A stretch of DNA of 64,000 bases from Dehalococcoidia bacterium (GCA_965220655.1 CBDCQO010000012.1:234441-298440), one strand, 5' to 3'; shown: positions 26,869-36,432, counted from the stretch's first letter. Numbers and translations are program-made. Notes: generated by a model from the sequence alone, not told the origin.

Positions 26869-27861
26869 ATGCGGCGTCGGATGAGACGGCCATCGGGGCC
26901 GGGCAGGCGTTCGCGCCGTCTGCTGGTGCTCGTCATAGCGCTTGCGGCGCTGGCGCTCGTGGCCGGGCCGCTCATCGGCTTCTTCCTCGTCTACACTGCA
27001 CCGAGCCAGCAGTGGTTCGCCCGCGTCAACGGCGTCGAGATCCCGCGTGCCACGCTGGTGGACGTGCTCCGTGCCAACCAGATAGACGCGCTGCTCCAGC
27101 GGCAGCGGTTCGACCCCGGCACACAGGCGTTCGATACCGCCGGGCTGCTCATCGACAACGAGGTGCTGCGCCAGACAGCGGCCACGCTCGGCGTCGCCGT
27201 GAGCGAGTCGGAGATTGAGCGCGAACTCGCGGCGCAGCTCACCCCGCGGTTGGACGCCGCGGACCTCGACGCTTCGGCCCAGGCCGAGCTCGCCGAGGTG
27301 AAGCGGCAGTACGCCGACCTGCGGCGTCTCGATGTCGCCGAACTGGAGAAGCTGGCTGAGGGGGAGCTGCTCCGCCGGAAGGTCACGGAGTCGCTCGGAC
27401 ACTCTATCGTCGACCCGCAGCCGCAGGTACGCCTGCACTCGATCGTGGTCGCCGATGTGGAGACCGCAACGCGCATCCAGGGTGAGGCCGTGCAGGGAGT
27501 GCCGTTCGAGGAGCTGGCGCGCCGCTATTCGCTCGACCCCGCCTCCGGCGACCTCGGCTGGCTGCCCTACGCGGCGCTTCCGCCTGCCGCCGCGGACCTC
27601 CTGTGGAACCTCCCCGCGTCGGAGCTCTCACCGCCGTTCCAGCGCGGCGACGGCGCGATCGTCGTCTACGTCATCAGTGGACGCGATCCCTCTCTCACGC
27701 TCGACTCGGTCGCGAGGCAGTTGCTGGAGGAAGCGGAGTTCGAGTCATGGCTCGGGCAGACGCGAGCGGCACAGGACATCGAACTCCGGCTGGACTCGGA
27801 GACGTTGGAGTGGGTGGCCGATCAGCTCGAACAGACGAGGAGTGTTGCTCCGCAGGGCTGA
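26869..27861 (+). CDS. Membrane-anchored parvulin/SurA-like peptidyl-prolyl isomerase
   Basis: ATG at 26869. Arg-rich N-terminus plus one TM (LLVLVIALAALALVAGPLIGFFLV). SurA-like helical region and a PpiC-type domain (VRLHSIVV...GDLGWLP). Confidence 0.7.
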   Translation: MRRRMRRPSGPGRRSRRLLVLVIALAALALVAGPLIGFFLVYTAPSQQWFARVNGVEIPRATLVDVLRANQIDALLQRQRFDPGTQAFDTAGLLIDNEVLRQTAATLGVAVSESEIERELAAQLTPRLDAADLDASAQAELAEVKRQYADLRRLDVAELEKLAEGELLRRKVTESLGHSIVDPQPQVRLHSIVVADVETATRIQGEAVQGVPFEELARRYSLDPASGDLGWLPYAALPPAAADLLWNLPASELSPPFQRGDGAIVVYVISGRDPSLTLDSVARQLLEEAEFESWLGQTRAAQDIELRLDSETLEWVADQLEQTRSVAPQG

Positions 27862-27869
27862 CGCAGGGC

Positions 27870-27895
27870 GCAGGCGCTTATCGCAGGCGCTTATC
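27870..27895. repeat. Perfect 13-bp tandem duplication
   Basis: gcaggcgcttatc x2 (27870..27882, 27883..27895) in the convergent junction of the PPIase and tyrA genes. The second copy covers the tyrA stop. Confidence 0.85.
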
Positions 27896-28832
27896 GCTGG
27901 CGGTTAGCGCGTCGCCCCAACCAGTCGCCCAGTAGGAGCGACGAGAAGCTCTGGCGCTCTATGACTGGAGTATGCGCTGGGGGAGCCTCGCGCAGTCGGT
28001 CCACTCGCGCCTCGATCAGTTCAGCAAGTCGTTTCGCTGCCTCAGCGGCGTCCGGCTTCGCGAGTGCGGCCTCCCACAGGCCCCTCGTGGCTCCTGTGAG
28101 CCGGTCGAGCCAGGAGCCGAACGTCTCCGGCGCACACTCCAGCACGATGGCAAGCTCCTCGGGGTCGAGCTCGGCAGCCGTGCGCATGGCTTGGGAGAAC
28201 GCGTCGCCCTGCAGACGGCGCACGTCGCGCCAGACAGGGCTTGCGGAGACGGCGTCCACTGCCGCGCCGGCGGCGATGCGTGGTAGGTACTCCGTGGCGA
28301 TGACGAAGCTGTCGTGCTCCGCCGCGTCGAGGAAGAATGGGCTCGCGCCGACGGCCTTGGCGAGCCCGGTCACAGCCTCGACAGCATCCCCCGATGCGGT
28401 CGTCGATGGGATGATGGCGTAGTCCGTGCCCTCGAACGATGCTTCCGCGCCTTCGCTGAGCGTACGAGGCACGGGACGTCCGCCGACGAAGTGCATCCCG
28501 TCCGGCAGGCGCTCTTCCGCCCAGCGCAGCAGCGGGGCCTTCAAAGGGCACGTGTCCGTGACGACACACCCGGATGGCGCGAACTCGCCGATGATGCGCA
28601 ACGCGTCGCCTGCGGACGTCATTGGCGAGGAGAGGACGACGAGTTTCGCGCCTGCCAGCGCTGCTGCTGCGCTCCTCGGCGCATCGTCCACCGCGCCGGT
28701 CTCGATCGCACGTCTTCCTGTCCCAGAGTTGGGGTCGAAGCCTGCTATGGAGATGCCTTGCACACCGGACCTGACTGCACGTCCGAGCGCGATGCCCAGA
28801 GGGCTGAGGCCGATGATGGCGATGTCCGGCAT
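27891..28832 (-). CDS. tyrA: Prephenate/arogenate dehydrogenase family protein
   Basis: ATG at 28832..28830 (MPDIAIIGLSPLGIALG, a Rossmann-like start). HFVGGRPV and a dimerisation-domain-like C-terminal half. The upstream 35 aa of the track ORF are rejected. Confidence 0.7.
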   Translation of the reverse strand: MPDIAIIGLSPLGIALGRAVRSGVQGISIAGFDPNSGTGRRAIETGAVDDAPRSAAAALAGAKLVVLSSPMTSAGDALRIIGEFAPSGCVVTDTCPLKAPLLRWAEERLPDGMHFVGGRPVPRTLSEGAEASFEGTDYAIIPSTTASGDAVEAVTGLAKAVGASPFFLDAAEHDSFVIATEYLPRIAAGAAVDAVSASPVWRDVRRLQGDAFSQAMRTAAELDPEELAIVLECAPETFGSWLDRLTGATRGLWEAALAKPDAAEAAKRLAELIEARVDRLREAPPAHTPVIERQSFSSLLLGDWLGRRANRQR

Positions 28833-28848
28833 GAGGTGCGCTGGTGGC

Positions 28849-29781
28849 CTACGACCCGGAGCGGTAGCCGCCGCCGGTGCCGCGCATGCGGGGGTCGAGC
28901 AGGTCGCGGAGTGCGTCGCCGAGCACGTTCCAGCCAAAGACGGTGAGGCTCAGGAAGACACCTGGCCAGATGGCAAGCCACGGCGCTATCTCCATGTACG
29001 TCCGCGACTCTGAACTGAGCATCCGCCCCCAGGACGGGAACGGCGGCGGGACGCCGTAGCCGAGGAAGCTGAGCGATGCCTCGATGAGGATCACCTGCCC
29101 CAGGCGCAGGCTCGCCAGGATGATGATGGGCACCATCACGTTTGGCAGGACGTGCCGTATCAGGATGCGCAGAGTGGTCGCGCCATTGACGCGCGCCGCC
29201 TCCACGAACGGCTGCTCTTTGAGCGCCAGCACCGCGCCACGCAGTACACGGCTCTCGCGTATGGCGACGAGCCCCAGCACGAGGGTCACGTTCAGCGTGC
29301 TCGGTCCCAGGATGGACATCACGAACAACAGCAGGAGCAGGGGCGGCACGCTCATCCACGCATCGACGAGGCGCTGCACCAGCGTGTCGAACTTCCCACC
29401 CATGTAGCCGCTCGTGATGCCGATCAGGGCCGCGAGTACGCTGCCGAGCGCGACCGAACCGAGCGCCACGACGATAGAGACCCGGGCGCCGTGCACGAGC
29501 CTGCTGAACAGGTCTCGCCCGATGAAGTCTGTCCCCAGGAAGTAGCTGAAACTCGACCCCTGCAATGAGTCGGAGAAGTGTGGCTCGTCGTAAGGGTAGG
29601 GCGCTATCCAGTTGGCGAATACGGCCATGAGCAACATGATCATGACGATGACTGCGCCGACTGCCCCCAGCGGCTTCTCGGTGAACAGCCTCGTCACCAG
29701 CCCGATGAAGCCTCCGCTCGCGCGGCGTGGCAGCCTCGCCGCAGCAGGTGCTCCTTGTGGTCTTGTGCTCTCGACAGCCAT
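28849..29781 (-). CDS. Peptide/nickel-type ABC transporter permease (DppC/OppC-like)
   Basis: Track ORF of 310 aa. Typical N-terminal PYDP-like segment (APYPYDE) and an EAA-loop region FVEAARVNGATTLRILIRHVLPN. Confidence 0.88.
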   Translation of the reverse strand: MAVESTRPQGAPAAARLPRRASGGFIGLVTRLFTEKPLGAVGAVIVMIMLLMAVFANWIAPYPYDEPHFSDSLQGSSFSYFLGTDFIGRDLFSRLVHGARVSIVVALGSVALGSVLAALIGITSGYMGGKFDTLVQRLVDAWMSVPPLLLLLFVMSILGPSTLNVTLVLGLVAIRESRVLRGAVLALKEQPFVEAARVNGATTLRILIRHVLPNVMVPIIILASLRLGQVILIEASLSFLGYGVPPPFPSWGRMLSSESRTYMEIAPWLAIWPGVFLSLTVFGWNVLGDALRDLLDPRMRGTGGGYRSGS

Positions 29782-29784
29782 GAC

Positions 29785-30729
29785 TTACGTGTACTTTATC
29801 CGTGGGTCGAGGACGCCGTAGAGGAGGTCCACGATGAGGTTGATGAGGACGGTGGCCGCTGCAAAGGTGAGGATGATGGTCTGTGCGGGGACATAGTCCC
29901 GGTTCTGGAGTGATTGCAGCATGTAGATGCCCATACCGGGCAGGTTGAATATCTGTTCGATGATTACCGTGCCGCCGAGCAGGAACGGGATCTGCAGGCC
30001 GATCAGCGACAGCACGGGGATGAGCGCGTTCCGCACCGCGTGTCGGTACCAGATGGTTTGTGGCTGCAGGCCCTTCGCCCATGCGGTGCGGATGTAGTCT
30101 TGGCGCACTACTTCCAGCAGCATGGCGCGGGTCATCCGGATCGTGCCGCCCATCAGTGGTATGCCCACGATGACTCCCGGCAGCACCATCACGCTGAGGT
30201 TCTTGATGGGGTCCTCCGTGAACGGCACGTAGCTCAGTGGCGGAGCCCAACCGAAGAACAGCGCTGGAAGCGTTACGACGATGGTGCCTATCCAGAGGAT
30301 GGGCACTGCCACCAGCCCGATGGAGACGGAGCGCAGTGCGTAGTCTATCCACGTGTCCTGCCGGACGGCGGTGATGATGCCGATGGGGATGGAGAGCACC
30401 GTGCTGACGACCAGCGCGATGAGCGAGAGTTCCAGTGTCACGGGGTAGCGCCGCCCAAGCTCGTGCGTGACGGTGTTCCCTGTCCAGAGTGACTGCCCCA
30501 AGTCACCTACGAACAATCCGCCGAACCACTCGCCGAACTGGACGTAGAACGGCCTGTGCAACCCCAGCTCTCGCAGGATCGCGTCCCGGTCTGCTGCATA
30601 GCCGAAATCGGAAAGCATCAGGTCAACGATGTCGCCGGGGATCAGGCGCAGCATGAAGAACGTGAGCACGCTCACGACGAGCATCGTGAGCGCGGCGAGC
30701 ATCAGACGGCGTATGACGAAGCGGTACAC
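29785..30729 (-). CDS. Peptide/nickel-type ABC transporter permease (DppB/OppB-like)
   Basis: Track ORF of 314 aa. MYRFVIRRLMLAALTMLVVSVLTFF N-terminus and YIRTAWAKGL EAA loop. Confidence 0.88.
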   Translation of the reverse strand: MYRFVIRRLMLAALTMLVVSVLTFFMLRLIPGDIVDLMLSDFGYAADRDAILRELGLHRPFYVQFGEWFGGLFVGDLGQSLWTGNTVTHELGRRYPVTLELSLIALVVSTVLSIPIGIITAVRQDTWIDYALRSVSIGLVAVPILWIGTIVVTLPALFFGWAPPLSYVPFTEDPIKNLSVMVLPGVIVGIPLMGGTIRMTRAMLLEVVRQDYIRTAWAKGLQPQTIWYRHAVRNALIPVLSLIGLQIPFLLGGTVIIEQIFNLPGMGIYMLQSLQNRDYVPAQTIILTFAAATVLINLIVDLLYGVLDPRIKYT

Positions 30730-30891
30730 GGCGGTTCGGGCTCCAGCATGCCTCCGGACACGCTGGAGCGAGTCTACGGCGCAGCGTAACCGGAATCAAA
30801 TCCGGTAGGCTCTACGGACGCGATTCACTATCCTCAAGGGTTGAACCGCGACAGCAGACCTCTATGGAGAACAGGCAGATTGGCTGACCGG

Positions 30892-31845
30892 ATGATTGAG
30901 GTTGAAGGACTCACAAAGTTCTACGGCGATTTCCTCGCCGTGAGCGGCGTCTCCTTTGCCGTGGACAGGGGCGAGACGGTTGGCCTGCTCGGCACAAACG
31001 GCTCCGGAAAGACCACGACCATGCGCGTGCTCACCGGCTACATGCCGCCTACGTCAGGGACGGTCCGCATCGCAGGTCACGACCTCGCCGCCGACTCACT
31101 AGAAGCGCGGCGGCACATCGGCTATCTGCCTGAATCGGTGCCGCTGTACAGTGATATGACCGTCGCTGCCTCGCTGCGGTTCTTCGGACGTGTCCACTCG
31201 ATGGACACCGCAAGCCTTGTTTCCTCGATCGACCGCGTCCTCCATGCGTTCGACTTGGTCGACTACCGCGACACGATCGTAGGCAAACTATCCAAGGGGT
31301 ATCGCCAGCGACTGGGGCTCGCCCTTGCGGTGCTCCATGAGCCGGAGGTCCTCGTACTTGACGAACCGACCGTGAGCATAGACCCGGTACAGGTCGTGGG
31401 AGCTCGCGACATCATACGGCGCCTCGGCAAGGAACATACGGTGCTCCTGAGTACGCATCAACTCGCTGAAGCCTCCACCCTCTGTGAGCGCGTCATTATT
31501 CTGCATGACGGGGTTCTCGTCGCGGAAGGTCATCCGGATGAGATAGCGGAGCGTCTCCAGGGGGCGCGGCGCATCAGGGTAGAGGCGCGTGGTCCTGCCG
31601 AACAGACGGGTGCCGCTCTCGCCGCCGTGCCGGGCGTCCGTTCCGTTGGAACGGCCACACGCATTGAAGAGGGCGTCTATGCGTTCGAAGTCACTGCTCC
31701 GTTGCGCTCGGACTTGCGGGAAGCTATTGCCCAGGCGATGAGCGCTGCGGGGGTCGGGCTGCGCGGTCTTGCCCGCTCCTCTGTGGACCTGGAGGAGGTT
31801 TTCCTGGAGATCACACGAGGCGAACGGGGGGACCCCGATGCGTAA
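30892..31845 (+). CDS. ABC transporter ATP-binding protein (ABC-2/GldA-like)
   Basis: ATG at 30892 (MIEVEGLTKFYG). Walker A GTNGSGKTT, signature LSKGYRQR, Walker B LVLDEP. Confidence 0.9.
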   Translation: MIEVEGLTKFYGDFLAVSGVSFAVDRGETVGLLGTNGSGKTTTMRVLTGYMPPTSGTVRIAGHDLAADSLEARRHIGYLPESVPLYSDMTVAASLRFFGRVHSMDTASLVSSIDRVLHAFDLVDYRDTIVGKLSKGYRQRLGLALAVLHEPEVLVLDEPTVSIDPVQVVGARDIIRRLGKEHTVLLSTHQLAEASTLCERVIILHDGVLVAEGHPDEIAERLQGARRIRVEARGPAEQTGAALAAVPGVRSVGTATRIEEGVYAFEVTAPLRSDLREAIAQAMSAAGVGLRGLARSSVDLEEVFLEITRGERGDPDA

Positions 31846-32551
31846 CGTCTTACTCCTCGCGTGGAAGGAGACTCGCTCCTACTACGGTTCACCGATGGCC
31901 TACGTCGTAAGCGCTGCATTCCTTGCGCTCACGGGCCAGTTCTTCGTGTCCGGTGTCTCGGAACTGCTGCCGGAAGCCTCGCTCCGTGCTGTCTTCACGC
32001 CCATGACGTTCGCGCTCATCCTCTGGGCTCCCATCGCGAGCATGCGGCTCTTGGCGGAGGAACAGAAACTCGGCACGCTGGAGCTGCTGCTCACCGCTCC
32101 GCTGCGCGATTGGGAGATCGTGATAGGAAAGTTCTGCGCGCTCGTCGCGATGCTCCTTGGCATCGTCGCCCCGACGCTCGCCTACGTGGTGCTGCTCTGC
32201 TGGTACGCCTCGCCGGACGGTGGACCGCTGCTTACCGGATATCTTGGCCTGCTCCTGTACGGCTCTGCCGCCGCAGCGCTGGGATTGTTCACATCCTCGC
32301 TCACTGGCAACCAGATCGTGGCCGGAGTCACGGCAGCCGTCGCGTTGCTCTTTCTCACGCTCGCGAGCGAGGCCTCTGGCCTCGTATCCGGCTTGCCGTC
32401 TGCACTGCTTGCCGGCGTTTCCTTGCCAGCCCACTACACCGCATTCGTCGCGGGTGTCATCGAACTGCGGAACGCCGTCTACTTCATCACTTTCATCGCG
32501 CTCTTCCTCTTCCTGACAACGCTGAGCCTGGAGTCCCGGCGATGGCGGTGA
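31838..32551 (+). CDS. ABC-2 type permease (GldF-like)
   Basis: ATG at 31838, 8-nt overlap with the ATPase gene. LAWKETRSYYGSPMAYVV N-terminus and 6 hydrophobic segments. Confidence 0.85.
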   Translation: MRNVLLLAWKETRSYYGSPMAYVVSAAFLALTGQFFVSGVSELLPEASLRAVFTPMTFALILWAPIASMRLLAEEQKLGTLELLLTAPLRDWEIVIGKFCALVAMLLGIVAPTLAYVVLLCWYASPDGGPLLTGYLGLLLYGSAAAALGLFTSSLTGNQIVAGVTAAVALLFLTLASEASGLVSGLPSALLAGVSLPAHYTAFVAGVIELRNAVYFITFIALFLFLTTLSLESRRWR

Positions 32552-34203
32552 ACGGACGACCATCGTCCGGGAGCGGGATCGCGGAACGGCTGAGAGGCTG
32601 GAGCCTGCTCCTTGCGGCACTTGGAGGCATTGGCGCACTCGGAGGGCTGCTACTCGTCGTGTGGGCCCCCGAACTCCGCCCGTTCGCCCTACCGACACTC
32701 ATCGCTGCAGGCGTGTTGCTGGCGCTCGCTACCGTCGGTTCGATGGGCTACCTCGTCGGTGCAGTCACCGGTCGCAGAGGCCGTCTCTCCTGGATAAGCC
32801 TTGGCAGTGCTGCCGCTGCGCTGGCGATCGTGGTCGTACTGAACGTCATCGCCTCGGCAACTGACGCATCCTGGGACCTCACTGCGACGCGCCAATTCGA
32901 GATAGCTCCGCAGACCGTGCAAGCGCTGGCTGAGCTCCCCGCGGATGTGGACGTGACCGGATTCGTCGTGACGGATGAGGACGGCCTGCACTACCAGGGG
33001 ACGGCGGAAGGTTACCTGCGGCAGTTCGCCAAGCATGCTGGCGACAGACTCTCCTACAGATTCGTCGATCCTGAACTGGAACCTGCCACCGCGCGTGAGT
33101 TTGGCGTAGTCAACGCTCCACTGCTGCTCTTCACTGCACCTGCTACAGGTCTCCGTGCCTCTGTAGACGCTGGCGAGCTCTCAGAGCAGCAGTTGCTCAC
33201 TGCCATCCTCACGGTTACCGGGGCTCAACAGCACGTTATCTACTTCCTCACCGGCCACGGCGAGCGAAGCATCACCGACCTTCGCTCAGGCGGCTCCGGG
33301 TTGGGGCTGGCCGCCGCTGGACTCCGAGCCGACGGCTACCGCGTCGAGTCACTCATGCTGACGGACACCGGAAACGTGCCGGACGACGCTTCACTGCTCG
33401 TGATTGCCGCGCCACGCCAGCCGATCCCGGATGTCGAGGAGCAGGCGGTTATCCGCTGGCTGGCAGACGGAGGGCGAGCGCTGTTCATGCTCGATACATC
33501 CTCCGAGACACGGGACGCCATGGCAGACCTGCTCTTGGCGTGGGGCCTCGAGACAGTGCCGGGCACGCTGTTTGACCGCGAGCGCTCCGCTGCCGGAGAT
33601 GCGCGCACACTCGCGGTGCAGCGTGACCAATACCTGGGACAGACCTCGGTCACCGAGGGGGGTGCTATCGTTGAACCGCTTGACGAAACGCTCTTCCCGG
33701 GCGCCATTGCGTTCCGTCCGGGGGGTGCCGTCGCGGCACGTATCGAACGGGGCGATTCCGTGCCCGTGCGGTTCGAGCCGCTGGTGACCACGTCCGGCGA
33801 CTCCTGGGCCGTGGAGGGAACGGGGGAAGCCCCTGTTGCTGGCCGGGATGTCCCCGGCCCCCATACGCCACATCTCATTGTCCAGGCGTCCGCTCTCGCT
33901 ACGGATGCTCCCTCGGAAGCGTTCGATGCCGCATCCGTCAGTACCACACTTACCGTTCTTGGCGATGCCGACTTTGCCAGCAATCGCCACTTCGGCGACG
34001 TGAGCAATGCGGATTTCTTCCTGAACACGGTGAACTGGCTGCTGGAGGACAGGTCGCTCATCGCTGTGCGTCCGAAGCAAGAGGTCTTCCGCCCTCTCGT
34101 GCTTACGGTGCCGGAGTACAACCTCGTGCGTTACATCAGCTGGTTCCTGTTGCCTGCGTTGATCGCCGCCGCAGGCGTCATCGTGTGGTGGCGGCGGCGT
34201 TAG
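32542..34203 (+). CDS. GldG-like ABC-transporter auxiliary protein
   Basis: ATG at 32542, 10-nt overlap with the permease. N- and C-terminal TM anchors flank a large extracytoplasmic domain (SWDLTATRQFEIAPQT...). The N-terminal part of track ORF 31861..34203 is rejected. Confidence 0.78.
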   Translation: MAVNGRPSSGSGIAERLRGWSLLLAALGGIGALGGLLLVVWAPELRPFALPTLIAAGVLLALATVGSMGYLVGAVTGRRGRLSWISLGSAAAALAIVVVLNVIASATDASWDLTATRQFEIAPQTVQALAELPADVDVTGFVVTDEDGLHYQGTAEGYLRQFAKHAGDRLSYRFVDPELEPATAREFGVVNAPLLLFTAPATGLRASVDAGELSEQQLLTAILTVTGAQQHVIYFLTGHGERSITDLRSGGSGLGLAAAGLRADGYRVESLMLTDTGNVPDDASLLVIAAPRQPIPDVEEQAVIRWLADGGRALFMLDTSSETRDAMADLLLAWGLETVPGTLFDRERSAAGDARTLAVQRDQYLGQTSVTEGGAIVEPLDETLFPGAIAFRPGGAVAARIERGDSVPVRFEPLVTTSGDSWAVEGTGEAPVAGRDVPGPHTPHLIVQASALATDAPSEAFDAASVSTTLTVLGDADFASNRHFGDVSNADFFLNTVNWLLEDRSLIAVRPKQEVFRPLVLTVPEYNLVRYISWFLLPALIAAAGVIVWWRRR

Positions 34204-34219
34204 AAGAGGGCGCACCGGG

Positions 34220-35203
34220 ATGAAGAGCGCAGTTGTCAGGTTTGTATTGCTGCTGATCGTTGCGTCTGCGGCTGTTGCTGGGTGGGTGTTGGTGTCGGGT
34301 GGCGACGACGAACCGGAAGCAGCGCTGCTCCGCGCGCGTCTCTACACTGTAGCTCAGGACGACATTGCGAACGTCACCGTGCAGACGGAGACGGGCACCG
34401 TCATGTTCGAACGGCGAGAAGATGGCTGGTATTTTGCCGAATCTCCGGTGCCTGTGAACCTGGACCGTTGGGGCGGTGTCGTGTTGCTGCTCTCGGGCCC
34501 TGAAGTAGAGCGCCAACTGGCTGCACCGAGTGTGCTGTCGGAGTTCGGATTGGACGAACCGGATATCGTCAGCGTCGGCCTTACAGAGGGAAGTCGCGTT
34601 GAGGTTCGACTCGGCGCTCAGACACCGGATGGACGCAACGTCTACACGCAACGGGAAGGTAAATCCGAGGTGGCGCTCGTCAACGAACCGTGGGCGCGGG
34701 TACTGCGCCGCCTCGCCGCCGAACCGCCGCTGCCGTACTGGTACTACCGCGTCGATCCGGCGCTTGTGCGGCTCTTCGAGATCGAGAGCATAGGCAGCAT
34801 TGCGACGTTCCTGCTTGGTCTGCCCGGGGCCGATGGTGGATTGCCGGACAGGGTGGTGCGGGGTGACGCGGCGTCAGATCTGACGGATGCTCAGCGCGGC
34901 GCGGTACTGAGCGTTGCAGGCGGGCCTCCCGGCTTTGACATGGCAGTCTGGCCGGAGGACCTGACACTGGAAAGCGCGGGCCTGCAATCGCCCCGCGCCG
35001 TCATTCGGGTTACCTACGAGTTAGCGGTTCCGTTGGAGGACAAGAGCGCCGTGAGCGCGGTGTTTGCGGTCGGAGGTCGGAGGTCGGAGGGCGATGGTTA
35101 CTACGCGGCAACGCCGGACTCGCCGCTGCTCCTCACATTCGATGCGGCCTGGGTGGAAGAAGTGCTGTCGCTGGTGAGGCGAGAGTTCGCCGGAGGAGGC
35201 TGA
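34220..35203 (+). CDS. DUF4340-like protein (usual partner of GldG-like genes)
   Basis: Track ORF of 327 aa. Signal-anchor N-terminus. The family assignment rests on position after the GldG-like gene and on the overall pattern, so it is tentative. Confidence 0.6.
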   Translation: MKSAVVRFVLLLIVASAAVAGWVLVSGGDDEPEAALLRARLYTVAQDDIANVTVQTETGTVMFERREDGWYFAESPVPVNLDRWGGVVLLLSGPEVERQLAAPSVLSEFGLDEPDIVSVGLTEGSRVEVRLGAQTPDGRNVYTQREGKSEVALVNEPWARVLRRLAAEPPLPYWYYRVDPALVRLFEIESIGSIATFLLGLPGADGGLPDRVVRGDAASDLTDAQRGAVLSVAGGPPGFDMAVWPEDLTLESAGLQSPRAVIRVTYELAVPLEDKSAVSAVFAVGGRRSEGDGYYAATPDSPLLLTFDAAWVEEVLSLVRREFAGGG

Positions 35204-35241
35204 GGAGGGTCCCTTCGTGGAGGAAAGCGCGGGAGACAACG

Positions 35242-35269
35242 ATAGGCGGGTCAGACTTGACCCGCCTAT
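35242..35269. terminator. Bidirectional terminator hairpin between convergent genes
   Basis: ataggcgggtca (35242..35253) - gact - tgacccgcctat (35258..35269), a perfect 12-bp stem. It lies between the DUF4340 stop (35203) and the ferredoxin stop (35297). Confidence 0.7.
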
Positions 35270-35296
35270 GCCTGTTTCCTCGATAGCACCCGGGGG

Positions 35297-35533
35297 TTAG
35301 GGTTCGCTGCGATCCTTGTTGATCTCGATGAAACGGGTCTGGTCGGCAGGAAGCGCGTCTTCAGCGAAGATTGCGGCGACGGGACAGACCGGCTCGCACG
35401 CTGCGCAGTCGATGCACTCATCGGGCTCGATGTAGAACATGCGGTCGCCCTCGTAGATGCAGTCCACGGGGCAGACGTCCACGCACGAGGCATCTTTCAC
35501 GTCCACGCAGGGTTCGGTGATTATGTAGGCCAT
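35297..35533 (-). CDS. Ferredoxin (7Fe/2-cluster type)
   Basis: Track ORF of 78 aa. [14 protein letters not shown] and [12 protein letters not shown] motifs. SD AAAGGGAGGGG. Confidence 0.9.
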   Translation of the reverse strand: MAYIITEPCVDVKDASCVDVCPVDCIYEGDRMFYIEPDECIDCAACEPVCPVAAIFAEDALPADQTRFIEINKDRSEP

Positions 35534-35599
35534 CTTGGAAGTGCCCCTCCCTTTGATCTAGGCCCGTCCGGGCCCCCTCCCTCCCAGGAAGGTGAGTGC

Positions 35600-35629
35600 A
35601 TTCTAGCAGACGTATTCAGGGGGTGTGAA
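35600..35629 (-). promoter_or_regulatory. Candidate ferredoxin promoter
   Basis: On the minus strand: TTCACA (35629..35624) - 18 nt - TAGAAT (35605..35600). Confidence 0.45.
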
Positions 35630-35636
35630 CACGTTA

Positions 35637-36098
35637 TCAACTCTCGTCCTGGGGGATGAAATCTCCTACGTTCTTCTTGATCGATAGGTTGATGAACGTC
35701 TCCGTCTGCCTGACGCCCGTGATCTCGCCAACCCGGTTCCTGAGGAAATCGGAGAGTTCAAGCGGAGAGCCGAGACTTACGCGGCAGAAGACGTCGAACG
35801 CACCGGTCGTAACCGCCGCGTAGTGCACCTCTTCCATCTTCGCCAACTCCTCCGCTGCCGACTGCACATGGGCAGGGTCTACCTTCAGGCCGACGAGCGC
35901 GGACATGCGTCGTCCCAGCTTGGAGGTGTCCGGGATGGCGACCACGCGGATGACTTCTTCCTGGACGAGGTTGCGGAAACGCCGCCGGATCGTTCCTTCG
36001 CTCACGCCGGTCTTGCGCGCCAGTTCGATGTTGGAGGCGCGTCCATCGCGCTGCAGCAGCTCTATGAGCTTCGTGTCGAGCTCGTCAAGGGGAGCCAT
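35637..36098 (-). CDS. Lrp/AsnC-family transcriptional regulator
   Basis: Track ORF of 153 aa. HTH LDELDTKLIELLQRDGRASNIELARKTGVSEGTIRRR plus an ACT-like C-domain. Confidence 0.9.
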   Translation of the reverse strand: MAPLDELDTKLIELLQRDGRASNIELARKTGVSEGTIRRRFRNLVQEEVIRVVAIPDTSKLGRRMSALVGLKVDPAHVQSAAEELAKMEEVHYAAVTTGAFDVFCRVSLGSPLELSDFLRNRVGEITGVRQTETFINLSIKKNVGDFIPQDES

Positions 36099-36199
36099 GG
36101 CTACCTCCTCGTGAAAATTCGCACAATAGGGTTATGGTACGACCTGCATACCCGCGCTGGCAAGGCATGCAGGCGTGTCCGGTGTGCACTGATCGGTAT

Positions 36200-36388
36200 C
36201 TAGGCTGACAGGAACTGCGCGGGGTCGTCCGCGAACGCAGTGCGGCATCCGGGAGCGCAGAAGTAGTACGTTTCCCCTTCGTGGTCGGCAGTCCCACCCG
36301 GAGGGTCGGCTTTCGGCACCACCATCTTGCAGACGGGGTCTATGGCAGTATCACCTGGTTTCCCAAAGATCACGTCAAGCCGGTTCAT
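36200..36388 (-). CDS. YHS-domain protein
   Basis: Track ORF of 62 aa. DPVCKM...GETYYFCAPGC...F matches the YHS/TRASH pattern. It lies 44 nt downstream of copA. Confidence 0.8.
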   Translation of the reverse strand: MNRLDVIFGKPGDTAIDPVCKMVVPKADPPGGTADHEGETYYFCAPGCRTAFADDPAQFLSA

Positions 36389-36432
36389 GCACTACTTCCC
36401 CTGTGTGTCGGAGGTCAACGGGCACTGACATT

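Noticed and set aside
30730-30891. Small inverted repeats (gctccagc...gctggagc at about 30741..30770; ccgga-atcaa-tccgg) in the divergent spacer between the two ABC systems
   Set aside because: The stems are short (5-8 bp), have no partner copies elsewhere in the window, and show no clear relation to promoters. This is too weak to call.
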